The notes beneath the pieces were generated by a model, which was not told the origin of the DNA, ran no database searches, and worked only from the letters and a program-made list of their open reading frames with translations. From Longimicrobiales bacterium (GTDB lineage: Bacteria; Gemmatimonadota; Gemmatimonadetes; Longimicrobiales; Gaopeijiaceae): a DNA stretch of 64,000 nucleotides. Below are positions 41,315-51,557 of the stretch, piece after piece. How positions within the stretch are numbered: position 1 is the first letter of the stretch; each line of letters opens with the position of its first letter. Location: assembly GCA_965219445.1 (NCBI GenBank), contig CBDCNQ010000002.1, positions 320,001 through 384,000 of the forward strand, in the 5' to 3' direction. The translations under genes were made by a program, and so were the position numbers.

Positions 41315-44018
41315 ATGTCCGATGCCGTCGCCCGTCTCAACCAGGCTCTAGAGGGCCGCTACGCCATCGAGCGTGAGCTCGGCGAGGGGCGGCATGGCCA
41401 CGGTCTACCTCGCCGATGACCTCAAACATGAACGCAAGGTCGCGCTGAAGGTCCTCAAGCCCGAGTTAGCCGCCGTCGTCGGAGCCGAGCGTTTTCTAGC
41501 CGAGATCAAGACGACGGCGAACCTCCAGCACCCCCACATCCTGCCGCTCTTCGACTCCGGGGAGGCGGACGGGGTCGTGTTCTATGTGATGCCCTATGTT
41601 GAAGGAGAATCGCTCAGGGATCGCCTGGACCGTGAAAAGCAAATGGGTGTGAAGGACTCGGTCGCTATCACGCAGAAGGTCGCGGTCGCGCTCGACTACG
41701 CGCACGGGAACGGCGTCGTCCACCGCGACATCAAGCCGGGCAACATCCTCCTGAGTGAGCAGGGCGAGCCACTCGTCGCTGACTTCGGTATCGCGCTGGC
41801 CGTCGCTCAGGCCGGTGCCGGACGCATCACGGAGACCGGACTCAGCTTGGGCACGCCGCACTACATGAGCCCGGAACAGGCCACTGGCGACCGGGACGTG
41901 GACCCGAAGTCGGATGTCTTCGCGCTGGGGTGTGTGCTCTACGAGATGCTCGCCGGGCAGCCTCCGTTCGCTGCGCCTACTGCCCAAGCGGTCTTGGTCC
42001 AGATCCTCACGACAGACGCTCCGTCGATCACGAGTGCGCGAAGAACTGTGGCTCCGAATGTGGCTGCGGCACTGGCTCAGGCTCTGGAGAAGCTGCCCGC
42101 CGACCGCTTCACGAACGCGGCGGAGTTTGCAGCGGCGCTCGGGGACGAGAGTTTCACGTATGAGGCGCGGGCTCGGACAGCCGTAACAGCCTCGACCCCG
42201 CAGCCGGTAGCAATTCAAGCGCCCGCCACGACGCCTGGCCCATGGAAGCGGCTGACGATGGCGTTCGCAGCCCTCTCTGCCGTGACCACGCTGATCGCCG
42301 CTTGGGGCTGGTTATCTCGACCTCCAATCCCTGAGCCTGGCGTCCCCACAAGGTCGACAGTGACCGGCTTCGACGAAATAACCGGGGGTGGCGGATGGAG
42401 GCTCGCGATCTCGCCAGACGGCCGCACGATTCTGAGTGTGGCGGAGGGCGGTGGCGCCATCCGTATGCGTACTGCGAGCGACCCGGAGTGGAGGCAGCTT
42501 CCTAATACGGAGGGGGTTTTCAACCCGACCTTTTCGCCGGACGGGCAATCGGTGGCCTTCAACTTCGGGGGCGGAGGCGGGATCTCGAAAGTCTCGATAA
42601 TTGGCGGACCAGCCCTTCCGGTCACGACTTCCGGCGGTGACCCACACTGGGGCCTCGACGAGACCATCCTCTACGGAGACGGGGGTCGGCTCTTCCGCGT
42701 CGGGTCGTCGGGAGGCGAGCCCGAGCTATTGCTGGAGTCCGATTCGGTGGCCGTAAACCGACCGCATCTCCTGCCCAACGGAAGGGCGGTCGTGTTCGGC
42801 ACTGGTGGCGGCGCGCAGCTATCGCGCATCTTGATCTTCGAGATCGAGACGGGTGAGGTGCGCGAGCTTGTTCCCGCCGGTAACCAGCCACGGTACGTCT
42901 CCACGGGTCACCTGATCTACGGACACGGCGACGGGGCACTCATGGCTGTTCCCTTCGATGTCGAGACGCTCCAGGTGACGGGCGCGCCGGTGACATTGCT
43001 CCCCTCGCTGGCCGTCTTCGGCGGAGGTTCCTCGCAGTTCGCCGTATCGCAGACGGGCACGCTCGTGTACCGCACAGGTGGCGGTGCCGCAGGCGAATCG
43101 GTTACACCCGTATGGGTGGAAAGAGACGGCACCGCCCGCGAGATTGACCCCGCATGGAGGACCCAGGGAACCCCGAACTTTTCCAGCCTCGTTCTCTCCC
43201 CGAATGAGGATCGACTTGCGATCTCGTTGCCGGGCTCCGCCACAACGTATGACCTGTGGGTGAAACAGTTGCCCACGGGGCCGCTGTCACGGCTCACGTT
43301 CGAGGGAACGGTAAACCACAGAGCGACTTGGTCGCCGAACGGTGAGTCGCTGAGATTCCTATCGAATCGTGCAGGGAATTACGACATCTGGACCAAGCGT
43401 GCGGACGGGAGCGGCACGGCTGAACTGGTGCTGGATACGGACGGCCCAATTTGGGAGGCGCGTTACTCCTCGGATGGTACATGGTTGGTCCTTCGTGAAG
43501 GAGCCTTTCAATCTGGCGACATCTCCGCCATCCGACCCGGGGTAGACAGCGTGGCGGTGCCACTGGAGGTGACGGAGTTCCAAGAGGTGTCGATCTCTCT
43601 CTCACCCAACGATCGTTGGCTGGCCTACGTGTCGAACAATACGGGCCGAGATGAGGTCTACGTGCGTCCCTTCCCCCCCGATGCTGGGTCGGGCCTGGTG
43701 CAGGTCTCCACGGATGGGGGGACTGGGCCGGTGTTCGCACACAGCGGACGGGAACTGTTCTACCGGAACGGAGCCAACGAACTGGTGGCGGTCCAGTTCA
43801 CTGAAAATCCGACGTTCGTGGCGGGCCAGCAAGAGGTGCTGTTCCCGATGGATGGTTACCTAATCGCCAGCGCTCACGCGATGTACGACGTGAGTCCCGA
43901 CGATCGACGATTCGTGATGCTGCGGATGGGTGATGAGGGTAATGAGGGTGCGGCGAGCTCCGAAGCCTACCTGGTCACAAACTGGTTCGAGGAGCTTCGC
44001 CAGCGGATGGGCAATTGA
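41315..44018 (+). pseudogene. Ser/Thr protein kinase with TM segment and TolB/PD40 beta-propeller; +1 frameshift near 41385
   Basis: VALK, HRDIKPGN, DFG, GTPHYMSPE; SPDG repeats; the N-terminus MSDAVARLNQALEGRY is out of frame across GAGGGGCGGC (could be a sequencing error). Confidence 0.88.
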
Positions 44019-44152
44019 AGGCTCAGATCCCCTGGCTTCGCGTCTTCGTGGAAGGCGCGGTGATCGTCGGCTCTATCCTGCTGGTGTTCGGGATTTCAGG
44101 TGGGGTGGGATGGGGTGCAGGGGTTGGAGCTACTCAACCCAGGTGATCACAG

Positions 44153-44647
44153 ATGAAGAAAGCTGCGAAGACCATTGGAATCACCTTGTCTCTAATCGTG
44201 GTGGGCGCCCTCGTCTCAACTCGCCTTCTTGGCTACGAGCCCAGGGATCAGCGCCCTGGGTTGTGGCTAACCGGGGAGCGGGTCACCGAGCCGGTTGCTG
44301 ATTGGTCTTTCACGGAAGACCATCAGGAGATCTTCGTCCAAACCCGCACACCCTACCTTTTGCCGCATTCCGTTACCACGTACTGCGCCTTCTTTGACGG
44401 CGACCTCTACTTGTTCTCCGCCTACTACCAGGGCGGGACGTTTCCCGACGAACGCGGCTGGAACCGCAACGTGATGCGCGACCCCAGGGTGCGCCTGAAG
44501 ATCAGTGATCGACTCTTCGATCAGACCGTAAGCCATGTGACCGACGCCGATACGCGGGCAGCGGTTCATGCAAACGCTGTTGCCAAGTACCCGCAGTGGT
44601 CGAGCCCAGGGCTCGAGAATGTCCACATTCTCCTGGTTGAGGATTAG
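44153..44647 (+). CDS. Hypothetical membrane-anchored protein (possible split-barrel flavin-binding fold)
   Basis: PGLWLTGE, PHSVT, WNRNVMRDPRVRLKI. Confidence 0.7.
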   Translation: MKKAAKTIGITLSLIVVGALVSTRLLGYEPRDQRPGLWLTGERVTEPVADWSFTEDHQEIFVQTRTPYLLPHSVTTYCAFFDGDLYLFSAYYQGGTFPDERGWNRNVMRDPRVRLKISDRLFDQTVSHVTDADTRAAVHANAVAKYPQWSSPGLENVHILLVED

Positions 44648-44707
44648 GTCGCTGAACGAGAGGTAGGCCCTCGGTCACGCATTGCCTACCCGCATCCCGC
44701 ACCGCAG

Positions 44708-44847
44708 GCCGCGCTTCGCTTACCGTCCCAGGTTGGTGGGGCTATTCCATTCTCTTTCATTCTCTCTCGGTGTCTCAGCATCCTCGGTTTCTCTGCCTTC
44801 GCCCTACTCTAATTCCTTAGCTGCTCCGTGTCTCACGTAAGTTGGCA
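44708..44847 (-). mobile_element. Left-end fragment of the IS3 at 61499-63051
   Basis: Matches ~62912-63051. Confidence 0.88.
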
Positions 44848-44985
44848 GAGAGGGGGCTGATGTAGCATTCCACTCAGGATACGTACTCTGCGCTCCCCTC
44901 CTACGTCATTCGACGTATCAAATGGGAGCCAGCCTGAACGCATCTTCCCCTTCGACACTCACGACGTCAACGGAGCGAAGATCAA

Positions 44986-45561
44986 ATGAACAAGCAAGCA
45001 CTACTTCCGATTCTCGGAATCGTACTGCTGGCGCACGCCCCCTCAAGTGCCCTGGGCCAGCAGTTGGTCGCTGGCGACGCGATTCGTGTCAGGGCCTCCC
45101 AGTCAGCCGAGCCGGGGCTCCAATGGACCGAGGGGAGGGTGGTTCGACTGACATCCGATACCCTTTGGTACCAGGCCAGCGGCAGCGTATCGCCGATATC
45201 GCTCGACGCCGCCGAAATCCAACGCGGGACCGGTCGGAAGCGTTGGAGGAATGGCCTAGGGATTTGTGCTCTAGCCGGTGGGGCGGTCGGTGCCTTGGTA
45301 GCCTACAGGTCGTTCGAGCCCAGGTTTGGTTACAAAGATCTTGGGGAGGCCCTCTTTTGCCCTTTTCTTGGATGCGAGCCTGATACCCAACTCAACTCCC
45401 GCAAGGACGAAACTGCAGGCGGAGCCTTCCTTGGAGCACTGATTGGGGGTACCGCAGGATTTCTTGTCGGCAAAATGCTAGGGGGGTGGGAAACGGTCGA
45501 GCTCGACCAAATCACGGTAGGAGCCGGAAACCTCGGCGTGAGCTTGAGCATCCGGCGATGA
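44986..45561 (+). CDS. Secreted/membrane hypothetical protein with Gly-zipper segments
   Basis: Signal peptide, GGAVGAL and GGAFLGALIGG. Confidence 0.7.
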   Translation: MNKQALLPILGIVLLAHAPSSALGQQLVAGDAIRVRASQSAEPGLQWTEGRVVRLTSDTLWYQASGSVSPISLDAAEIQRGTGRKRWRNGLGICALAGGAVGALVAYRSFEPRFGYKDLGEALFCPFLGCEPDTQLNSRKDETAGGAFLGALIGGTAGFLVGKMLGGWETVELDQITVGAGNLGVSLSIRR

Positions 45562-45648
45562 TGGCCGCCCCCATCATTCTGAGCTTGCATCTCACGTTGC
45601 TCATGGGCATGGTAGTCGCAACAGATCCGTCATCACCGGGAGACTCTT

Positions 45649-46125
45649 GTGCGAGCTGACCAACTCCAGAAGTGGGCTTTAGGAGCAGAAATTGCTGGGG
45701 CTGTGGCCGTGGTCGTGACGCTGGGCTTTCTCGCATTGCAAATGAGAGAGAACACGAATGCGGTGCAGGCCCAGACTTATCAGGCCCTGATGCAGGAGCT
45801 TAATGACTTTCGAAAGCTAAACTTACATCCGGAGCTAATGCGGATCACGGAGAAATTCAACGAAGAAGGGTGGCAGGGTCTTACGAGCGATGAGCAGCGA
45901 CGTGTGAGGACCCCCGCCATGGTCAACTGGGGCATCTACGAGAGCGCGTACTATGCCAACGAGCGAGGCGTGCTCGGCGAGCGAGAATGGATACGATTCG
46001 CCGTAGGGATTTGTCGCAGACGTATGGTGCTGGCTGACTTCTGGGACCCCGGAGGAGGAATCACACCTATGTCGGAGCTACTGACCCCAGACTTCGTGGA
46101 CTACATCGAGAGCAGTTGCGAATAG
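45649..46125 (+). CDS. Hypothetical membrane protein
   Basis: AEIAGAVAVVVTLGFLALQMRENT N-terminal TM. Confidence 0.7.
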   Translation: MRADQLQKWALGAEIAGAVAVVVTLGFLALQMRENTNAVQAQTYQALMQELNDFRKLNLHPELMRITEKFNEEGWQGLTSDEQRRVRTPAMVNWGIYESAYYANERGVLGEREWIRFAVGICRRRMVLADFWDPGGGITPMSELLTPDFVDYIESSCE

Positions 46126-46217
46126 TCCATGCGAGTGTGCACGGTGATGCGCAGCAAAATCGCAGAGACGTTAGCTCAGCGGCGGCGGCCGGTTCCAACC
46201 GCGGAGGAGCAGTGACG

Positions 46218-46772
46218 ATGCGAAGACCAGCATACGTGGCACTCATGGTCCTCTTGCTGCCGCCCGCCGTCCGTGCTCAAGACGGGAACCAGTCGAGCCC
46301 ACCCGCAGTCCATGTCTTCGCTAGTGGAGGTTTCGGCGTAGGCACGCGCGACACAGCGGGCCACCTGGCCCTTTCAGTGAATTACGGCCGAGGTGACTTC
46401 ATTCTCCGCCTGGCGGAAACATCCGACTTTGAGTTCTGCTTCTTTTCGTGCAGCTCCACTCCAGAGCAGACGTCGCGTGACATCGCACTCCTGTACGGCC
46501 GCCGCTATGCTGCTTCCTCCTCGGGGTGGCTCCGAGCGGCCGCCGGGCTCGGGCGTGCTCAGGTTGGCGAGACCGGCACCTGCGCCCTCGACATCTTCTT
46601 CTGCAGATATACTGGGACAACTTCGAGCTCAGTGGGCGTGGCGTGGCAACTTGACGCCGTATGGACGCCATGGGCTGCCTTAGGAGTTGGCGGCGGAGTG
46701 TTCGGGAATCTCAATCCCAGTGATTCGTTCGCAGGCCTGGCGCTCTTTCTCCACCTGGGACGGGTCCGATAG
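46218..46772 (+). CDS. Hypothetical outer-membrane beta-barrel-like protein
   Basis: GGAGGAG RBS, signal peptide, alternating beta strands. Confidence 0.6.
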   Translation: MRRPAYVALMVLLLPPAVRAQDGNQSSPPAVHVFASGGFGVGTRDTAGHLALSVNYGRGDFILRLAETSDFEFCFFSCSSTPEQTSRDIALLYGRRYAASSSGWLRAAAGLGRAQVGETGTCALDIFFCRYTGTTSSSVGVAWQLDAVWTPWAALGVGGGVFGNLNPSDSFAGLALFLHLGRVR

Positions 46773-46835
46773 CGAAGCGTGGTAGGACCGCTCCCAGTTT
46801 CCAGAATTCATTTTTTCGTACCGAGGGGGGTGCAT

Positions 46836-47786
46836 ATGAAATCGACATCACTTGTTTTGGCTTTGGGTCTCTTGTTCTCCTTTGCGCCGTTCGTCCAAGC
46901 GCAGAACGCCCCGGCAACCGATGCGGTTGCGACCGAGATTCCTGGCGTGATAGCGGCCGGAGCGAGAATCGAGCTCATCAAGGATGATTTTGAGGGTACG
47001 GAAGGCCCGATCGCGCATCCGGACGGCGGGTTGCTCTTCACCGATAACAGAGCAAGCCGCATCATTAAGATTGAGCCGGACGGCAGAACCTCGGTGTTCC
47101 TTGAGGACACCAAGGAGGCGAATGGCTTGGCCTTCGACCCGATGGGCCGCTTGATCGCGGTTCAGCGGGCGCCGGGATTTGCAAGGATCGCCGTCATTTA
47201 TCCCGACGGCGAAGAAACCGTCCTCGCCGACCAGATTGACGGGAGACCCTTCGACCGTCCGAATGATCTCGTCCTGGACAAGAAGGGCGGCGTTTACTTC
47301 ACGGATCCGAACCCTAAATCGGTGTTCTACGCTTCCCCGACCGGAAACGTTGTCAACGTCGCGGACAACATCAACCGCCCGAACGGAATCCAGTTGAGCC
47401 CCGATGAGCGAACCTTATACGTAAACGATTCTGCGGGTGAATACCTCCTCGCGTACGACATTCAGCCGGACGGCACGGTTCGGAACCGTAGCAACTTCGC
47501 CAGATACGTGGGAGTGAGGCGGACGAGCGATGGGATCACCAGCGGAGCGGACGGACTGGCCGTGGACAGCGAGGGGCGTGTCTACACCACTTCCAACGCA
47601 GGAGTGGACGTCTTCAGCCCACAGGGACAGCACCTTGGCACGATCCCGGTAGGGACACCAGAAGGACGTGGTCCCCAGAATATGGCCTTCGCCGGCCGCG
47701 ACAAGAAGACGCTCTATATCGTCGGACGCGGCGCAGCTTTCAAGGTGCAGATGCTCGCGCAAGGTTACATGGGCCGCGTAAAGTAA
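46836..47786 (+). CDS. SMP-30/gluconolactonase/LRE family protein
   Basis: TEGP, ANGL, PNDL, PNGIQLSPD, ADGLAVD. Confidence 0.9.
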   Translation: MKSTSLVLALGLLFSFAPFVQAQNAPATDAVATEIPGVIAAGARIELIKDDFEGTEGPIAHPDGGLLFTDNRASRIIKIEPDGRTSVFLEDTKEANGLAFDPMGRLIAVQRAPGFARIAVIYPDGEETVLADQIDGRPFDRPNDLVLDKKGGVYFTDPNPKSVFYASPTGNVVNVADNINRPNGIQLSPDERTLYVNDSAGEYLLAYDIQPDGTVRNRSNFARYVGVRRTSDGITSGADGLAVDSEGRVYTTSNAGVDVFSPQGQHLGTIPVGTPEGRGPQNMAFAGRDKKTLYIVGRGAAFKVQMLAQGYMGRVK

Positions 47787-47973
47787 TGAGACAGTGTTAA
47801 CCGAGAGCCCACGTCGGCTTCGAGCATAGCGGACACCGAACTGGGAACATCGAAGGGTCTTCAGGAAACAACCAAACGGTTCTGGCGGGTGGTGGTGGAG
47901 TAGGGCCAAAAGCTCTGTTTTTAACTTGAGCGTGAGGGCCTTGGGCAACCGGATTATCTGAATAGCTCTGAGC

Positions 47974-48262
47974 TTACACGCCTTCAACCAAGATTACATT
48001 AGTGGACGCCACCCTGCGCAGAATATCCTTTGCTTTGGAGTATGCTGGCGACCTGTACCACTGCTTAGCTTGTTCCGTGCTTTCAAATTCCAGCATTACC
48101 AACGTCTCGGGTTTCCAGTCTCCCTCCAATACCTCTACCATACCGCCATGAAGTAATGTCTTCGACTGGAAGGGTTACCAGGGACTCGTTAGCAAGTTTG
48201 GCATAGTCATCCCTCTCCGCCGGATCGGTGACTTCTACATCAAAGATTAAATACGCTGCCAT
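47974..48262 (-). pseudogene. DUF1330 protein with a +1 frameshift (absent from the ORF track)
   Basis: MAAYLIFDVEVTDP...GGMVEVLEGDWKPETLVMLEFES.EQAKQWYRSPAY; 289 nt. Confidence 0.8.
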
Positions 48263-48398
48263 AATCCTTTCCCTCCTTATCTTCTAAGGAATTGACGGCC
48301 TCTATGAGTCGAGGACGAGCCCTGTTCGTGACAGGTGGATATTGCGAGAACTGGGCCGAGCGGCCCAATAACTGAGCCTTGGCGGTCAATGAGGCCTC

Positions 48399-49472
48399 TC
48401 ACACCGCATGGCCGAAAGTAGCTTGAATCCGGTTAATCTCGTCCAGGGCGTAGCGTGCCAGTCGCTTTTGCCCCTGCTTGGACTCTCCTCTAGACTCGAG
48501 GTCGCCGAGGATGATAATGTTCTCGTCATTCAGACGGTTAGCCGGTCCAGTGTAGTTGAAGCTGCCCGCGATGATCAGCTGCTCGTCGATCACCATGAGC
48601 TTGTGGTGCAGCTTACCGAGCGGATGGCCTGGCTTGGACTTCGTCACGAATAGCTGCGCGCCTGCGTTCTTCACTGGGCGCGTGGCCGCCCACGTCTGAT
48701 TCGCAGCCCTCCCGTCCAGGAGGCCCCTAACTCTTTTTCCCGATCCCTGGGTGAGCTGGATCATCACGTCGTCTATCCCAGATGACTGGGCAAACGTGAA
48801 GATCGCAAAATCCACACGGGTCTTCGTCTTGGCCATCTGCTTCATAATCTCCATTTCTGGAGCGTGATCAGGGGCAAAGAGAATGCGGATCGGAATGTCT
48901 GACACTGTCACATTTCTAGGCCTTTCATCGTGGCCCTCGTTCAGAGCCCCGAAATGCCCCTGTTGAATCTCCTTGAATTCCTCCGTGTACGTGTTCGCGA
49001 CCTTGCGATCGCGGATGATCACGACGTGGTTCAGGTTCTTGCTGATCCCTGTGTCCGTGAAGTTTGTCGACCCGGTGAGTACAGCACTCCCGTCACGTAC
49101 GATGAATTTCTGGTGGAAGATCTTGGAGTTGAAGTCCGACTTCACGTCTATCTTCGCACGAAGTACGGCGTCGTGAAGTTGGCGGTTGGCCTCGTTTTGC
49201 CCCGTTTGAGTGAAGGGATCGACGACAGCTTTCTTCACCGTGAGGTAGTCGCCTTCTAGGACGAGCTTGACGAGGACTTTGCGCTGACGGGCGCGGATAA
49301 TGGCACGCGTGATATCTGCCGAGTCCAGCTCCTGCACGGCGATGAAGAGTTTCCTCTTTGCTCCGTCGATGAAATCGACGATCGCCCTCTTGAGATCGTC
49401 GGGACCGCCTACCTGCTGCGGGCCCATGTGGAGCTCGACGTTGCCGATGATCCTAGGCACGGGCACTCCCAA
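48399..49472 (-). CDS. Phospholipase D/Nuc-family protein with two HKD motifs
   Basis: HQKFIVRD..GSTNFT and HHKLMVID..GSFNYT; start uncertain. Confidence 0.88.
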   Translation of the reverse strand: MGVPVPRIIGNVELHMGPQQVGGPDDLKRAIVDFIDGAKRKLFIAVQELDSADITRAIIRARQRKVLVKLVLEGDYLTVKKAVVDPFTQTGQNEANRQLHDAVLRAKIDVKSDFNSKIFHQKFIVRDGSAVLTGSTNFTDTGISKNLNHVVIIRDRKVANTYTEEFKEIQQGHFGALNEGHDERPRNVTVSDIPIRILFAPDHAPEMEIMKQMAKTKTRVDFAIFTFAQSSGIDDVMIQLTQGSGKRVRGLLDGRAANQTWAATRPVKNAGAQLFVTKSKPGHPLGKLHHKLMVIDEQLIIAGSFNYTGPANRLNDENIIILGDLESRGESKQGQKRLARYALDEINRIQATFGHAV

Positions 49473-49479
49473 CTTGGAC

Positions 49480-49710
49480 TTGTGGAGAGGGGTGAGTCCA
49501 AGCTCTACTACAGACGATCAGGCCGCAAGCAGGTCACAGCAGATCAGACGTTCACGCCGGGCCAGCAAGAGGTGTTGTTCTCTATAGCCAACTACATGCC
49601 GGAGGTGGTCACCCTCAATACGACGTGAGCACAGACGATCAGCGATTCGTGATGCTGTGGGTCGAAGATGAAAATGCGGAATCGGACACCGAGCTAATCC
49701 TGGCTGGGGA
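49480..49710 (+). pseudogene. Degenerate C-terminal fragment of a kinase-propeller paralog
   Basis: LYYRR..TFTPGQQEVLFS..YDVSTDDQRFVML, parallel to 43750-43925. Confidence 0.75.
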
Positions 49711-50003
49711 GTTGCTCTCTCTCTCTCGTGCCTACATTCTTGTGGGTTCGCCTCCTGATCCTACCGCAGCGTAGGCTTTTCCCTTCGTTAGAACGCTCCT
49801 CCGAAGCCCAGAAAATAGAAATAACCCTTATATATAAAGGGGTTTCTCCAGTTTTGGGTTTCTGGCACACGCTTTGCCAATGGCGTTGTTGTTGGTGGTG
49901 TAGTTGCGGGTCGTTTGCGGCTAGGCTGACCACATGATAAGAGCCCGCGCAACAAATCCACCGGCCGCTCTCCCCCCCAGCGGCTCGGAAAGGGATCGGC
50001 ATC

Positions 50004-50837
50004 ATGGCACGCGTACTCATCGTCGAAGACGAACGGACCGATCGGGTCATCTTGGCAGAACTCCTCGAGCGAATGGGTCACGAGGTCTATTTCGCGTCGG
50101 ACGGGGAGGAAGCCTTCAAGACATATTTGAAAAACAGCATCGAGATCATCATCACGGATCTTAACATGCCTCATGTTGATGGGCTGGAGTTCATCGGGGC
50201 GGTAGGAGCGTTGTTTCCACGGGCGGTGATTATCGCCGTGTCCGGCAAGGGGCCTGAACTACTCGCTGAAGCTGAGAGCAAGGGCGCGTTCGCGGCACTC
50301 AGCAAGCCCGTCGACCCCCAGGAGCTCCGAAAGGCCATAGAGGCAGCCCCGGATAGCCTAGCCCGTAGGAAGGAAGACGTAGGAATCATGGCCCCGAGCG
50401 ACGAGCCGTTCGTCCTCATTGTCGAGGATAATCCCGACCAAGCTGCGCTAATCCAGGCGGCGTTCAAAACGAACCTGGCCGCGAGCAGGACTCATTTGGT
50501 GTTCTATGGCTGGGAGGCTCAGGCCTACCTCAATAGAGCGTCGCCGTATCACGACTGGACCCGATATCCAGTTCCGTCGCTCATCGTGCTCGACCTCGGG
50601 CTGCCGGACATCACCGGGTTTGAGATCCTCGAGTGGATGGCCGAGTCGAAATGGCTAGCGAAGATCCCGATCATCGTGTTCACGGCTTCTGAAGATCCGG
50701 AGCACGAACGAAGAGCCTACGCACTAGGTGTACGCCGCTACATACGCAAGCTCGATGATTACGGCGCGTTGGTGGACGCGGCCAAAGAGGAGCTGCACCC
50801 GCGGACCGAGACGGAGCGACGGAAGATTAGCGACTAA
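50004..50837 (+). CDS. Response regulator with two receiver domains
   Basis: VLIVEDE..TDLNMP..SKP and LIVEDN..LDLGLPD..IRK. Confidence 0.9.
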   Translation: MARVLIVEDERTDRVILAELLERMGHEVYFASDGEEAFKTYLKNSIEIIITDLNMPHVDGLEFIGAVGALFPRAVIIAVSGKGPELLAEAESKGAFAALSKPVDPQELRKAIEAAPDSLARRKEDVGIMAPSDEPFVLIVEDNPDQAALIQAAFKTNLAASRTHLVFYGWEAQAYLNRASPYHDWTRYPVPSLIVLDLGLPDITGFEILEWMAESKWLAKIPIIVFTASEDPEHERRAYALGVRRYIRKLDDYGALVDAAKEELHPRTETERRKISD

Positions 50838-50985
50838 TGCTAGACGGCCACGAGTCATCCCAAGTCGCGGCGGCCCGTGCGTTTGGAAGAGTTCTGCGCC
50901 CGTGCATCGAGTCGGCGTGCTCCCTCGACTGGGACCCATCGGATGGGTTCAGTTGCCGTGTCTTTCTGTGGTGAGGGCTCTAGCT

Positions 50986-51019
50986 AGACGCCCACCCCCA
51001 TCGTTCGGAGGTGGCCGTC
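50986..51019. repeat. 34-bp hairpin repeat, copy 1
   Basis: AGACGCCCACCCCCATCGTTCGGAGGTGGCCGTC, identical at 54548-54581. Confidence 0.85.
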
Positions 51020-51156
51020 CTCTGGTGGGGAGAAAGACGGTGGCGGAAAGCCATGCGGTCGAGATACCTTGACGGCGGTTGCCAGCGAGTGACTAGGATG
51101 CCCCAGCCGGGCCTCACGATAATGATTTCGTTCTTAGCACTGAAAGGGGAGCCACA

Positions 51157-51513
51157 ATGAACCTCCGTGTCACCCTCGTCGCGTTGGTCCTGCTGGCCGC
51201 CGCCTCTCCAGGATCCCTAGCGGCCCAGACTGCTACGGCATTCCAGACGGGCGAGCCGCTCACGGGCTCAACGACGCGATGCTACTATTCACTCGCGGGG
51301 CGTAGATACACGAGGACGGTCCCGTCCGATCAGCTATGCCCGACGAGCATCCAGGTACCCGCCCCCGCGCCCACCCAGAGGACGATCTTCAAAACAGGCC
51401 AACGGGTTACTGGTTCAACGAAGCAATGCTTCTACGTGTTTGCGGGGGCAGAGTACACGAGAACGGTACTCCGGCACCGGCTTTGTCCGCGAAGTATCAA
51501 GATTCCAAGGTAG
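51157..51513 (+). CDS. Small secreted protein with two Cys-containing repeats
   Basis: FxTGxxxTGSTxxCxYxxAGxxYTRTVxxxxLCPxSI twice; GGGGAG RBS. Confidence 0.8.
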   Translation: MNLRVTLVALVLLAAASPGSLAAQTATAFQTGEPLTGSTTRCYYSLAGRRYTRTVPSDQLCPTSIQVPAPAPTQRTIFKTGQRVTGSTKQCFYVFAGAEYTRTVLRHRLCPRSIKIPR

Positions 51514-51557
51514 TTTTGGGAAGGACATGAGGTTGGGTCAATAGGTGTGTAAACGTA

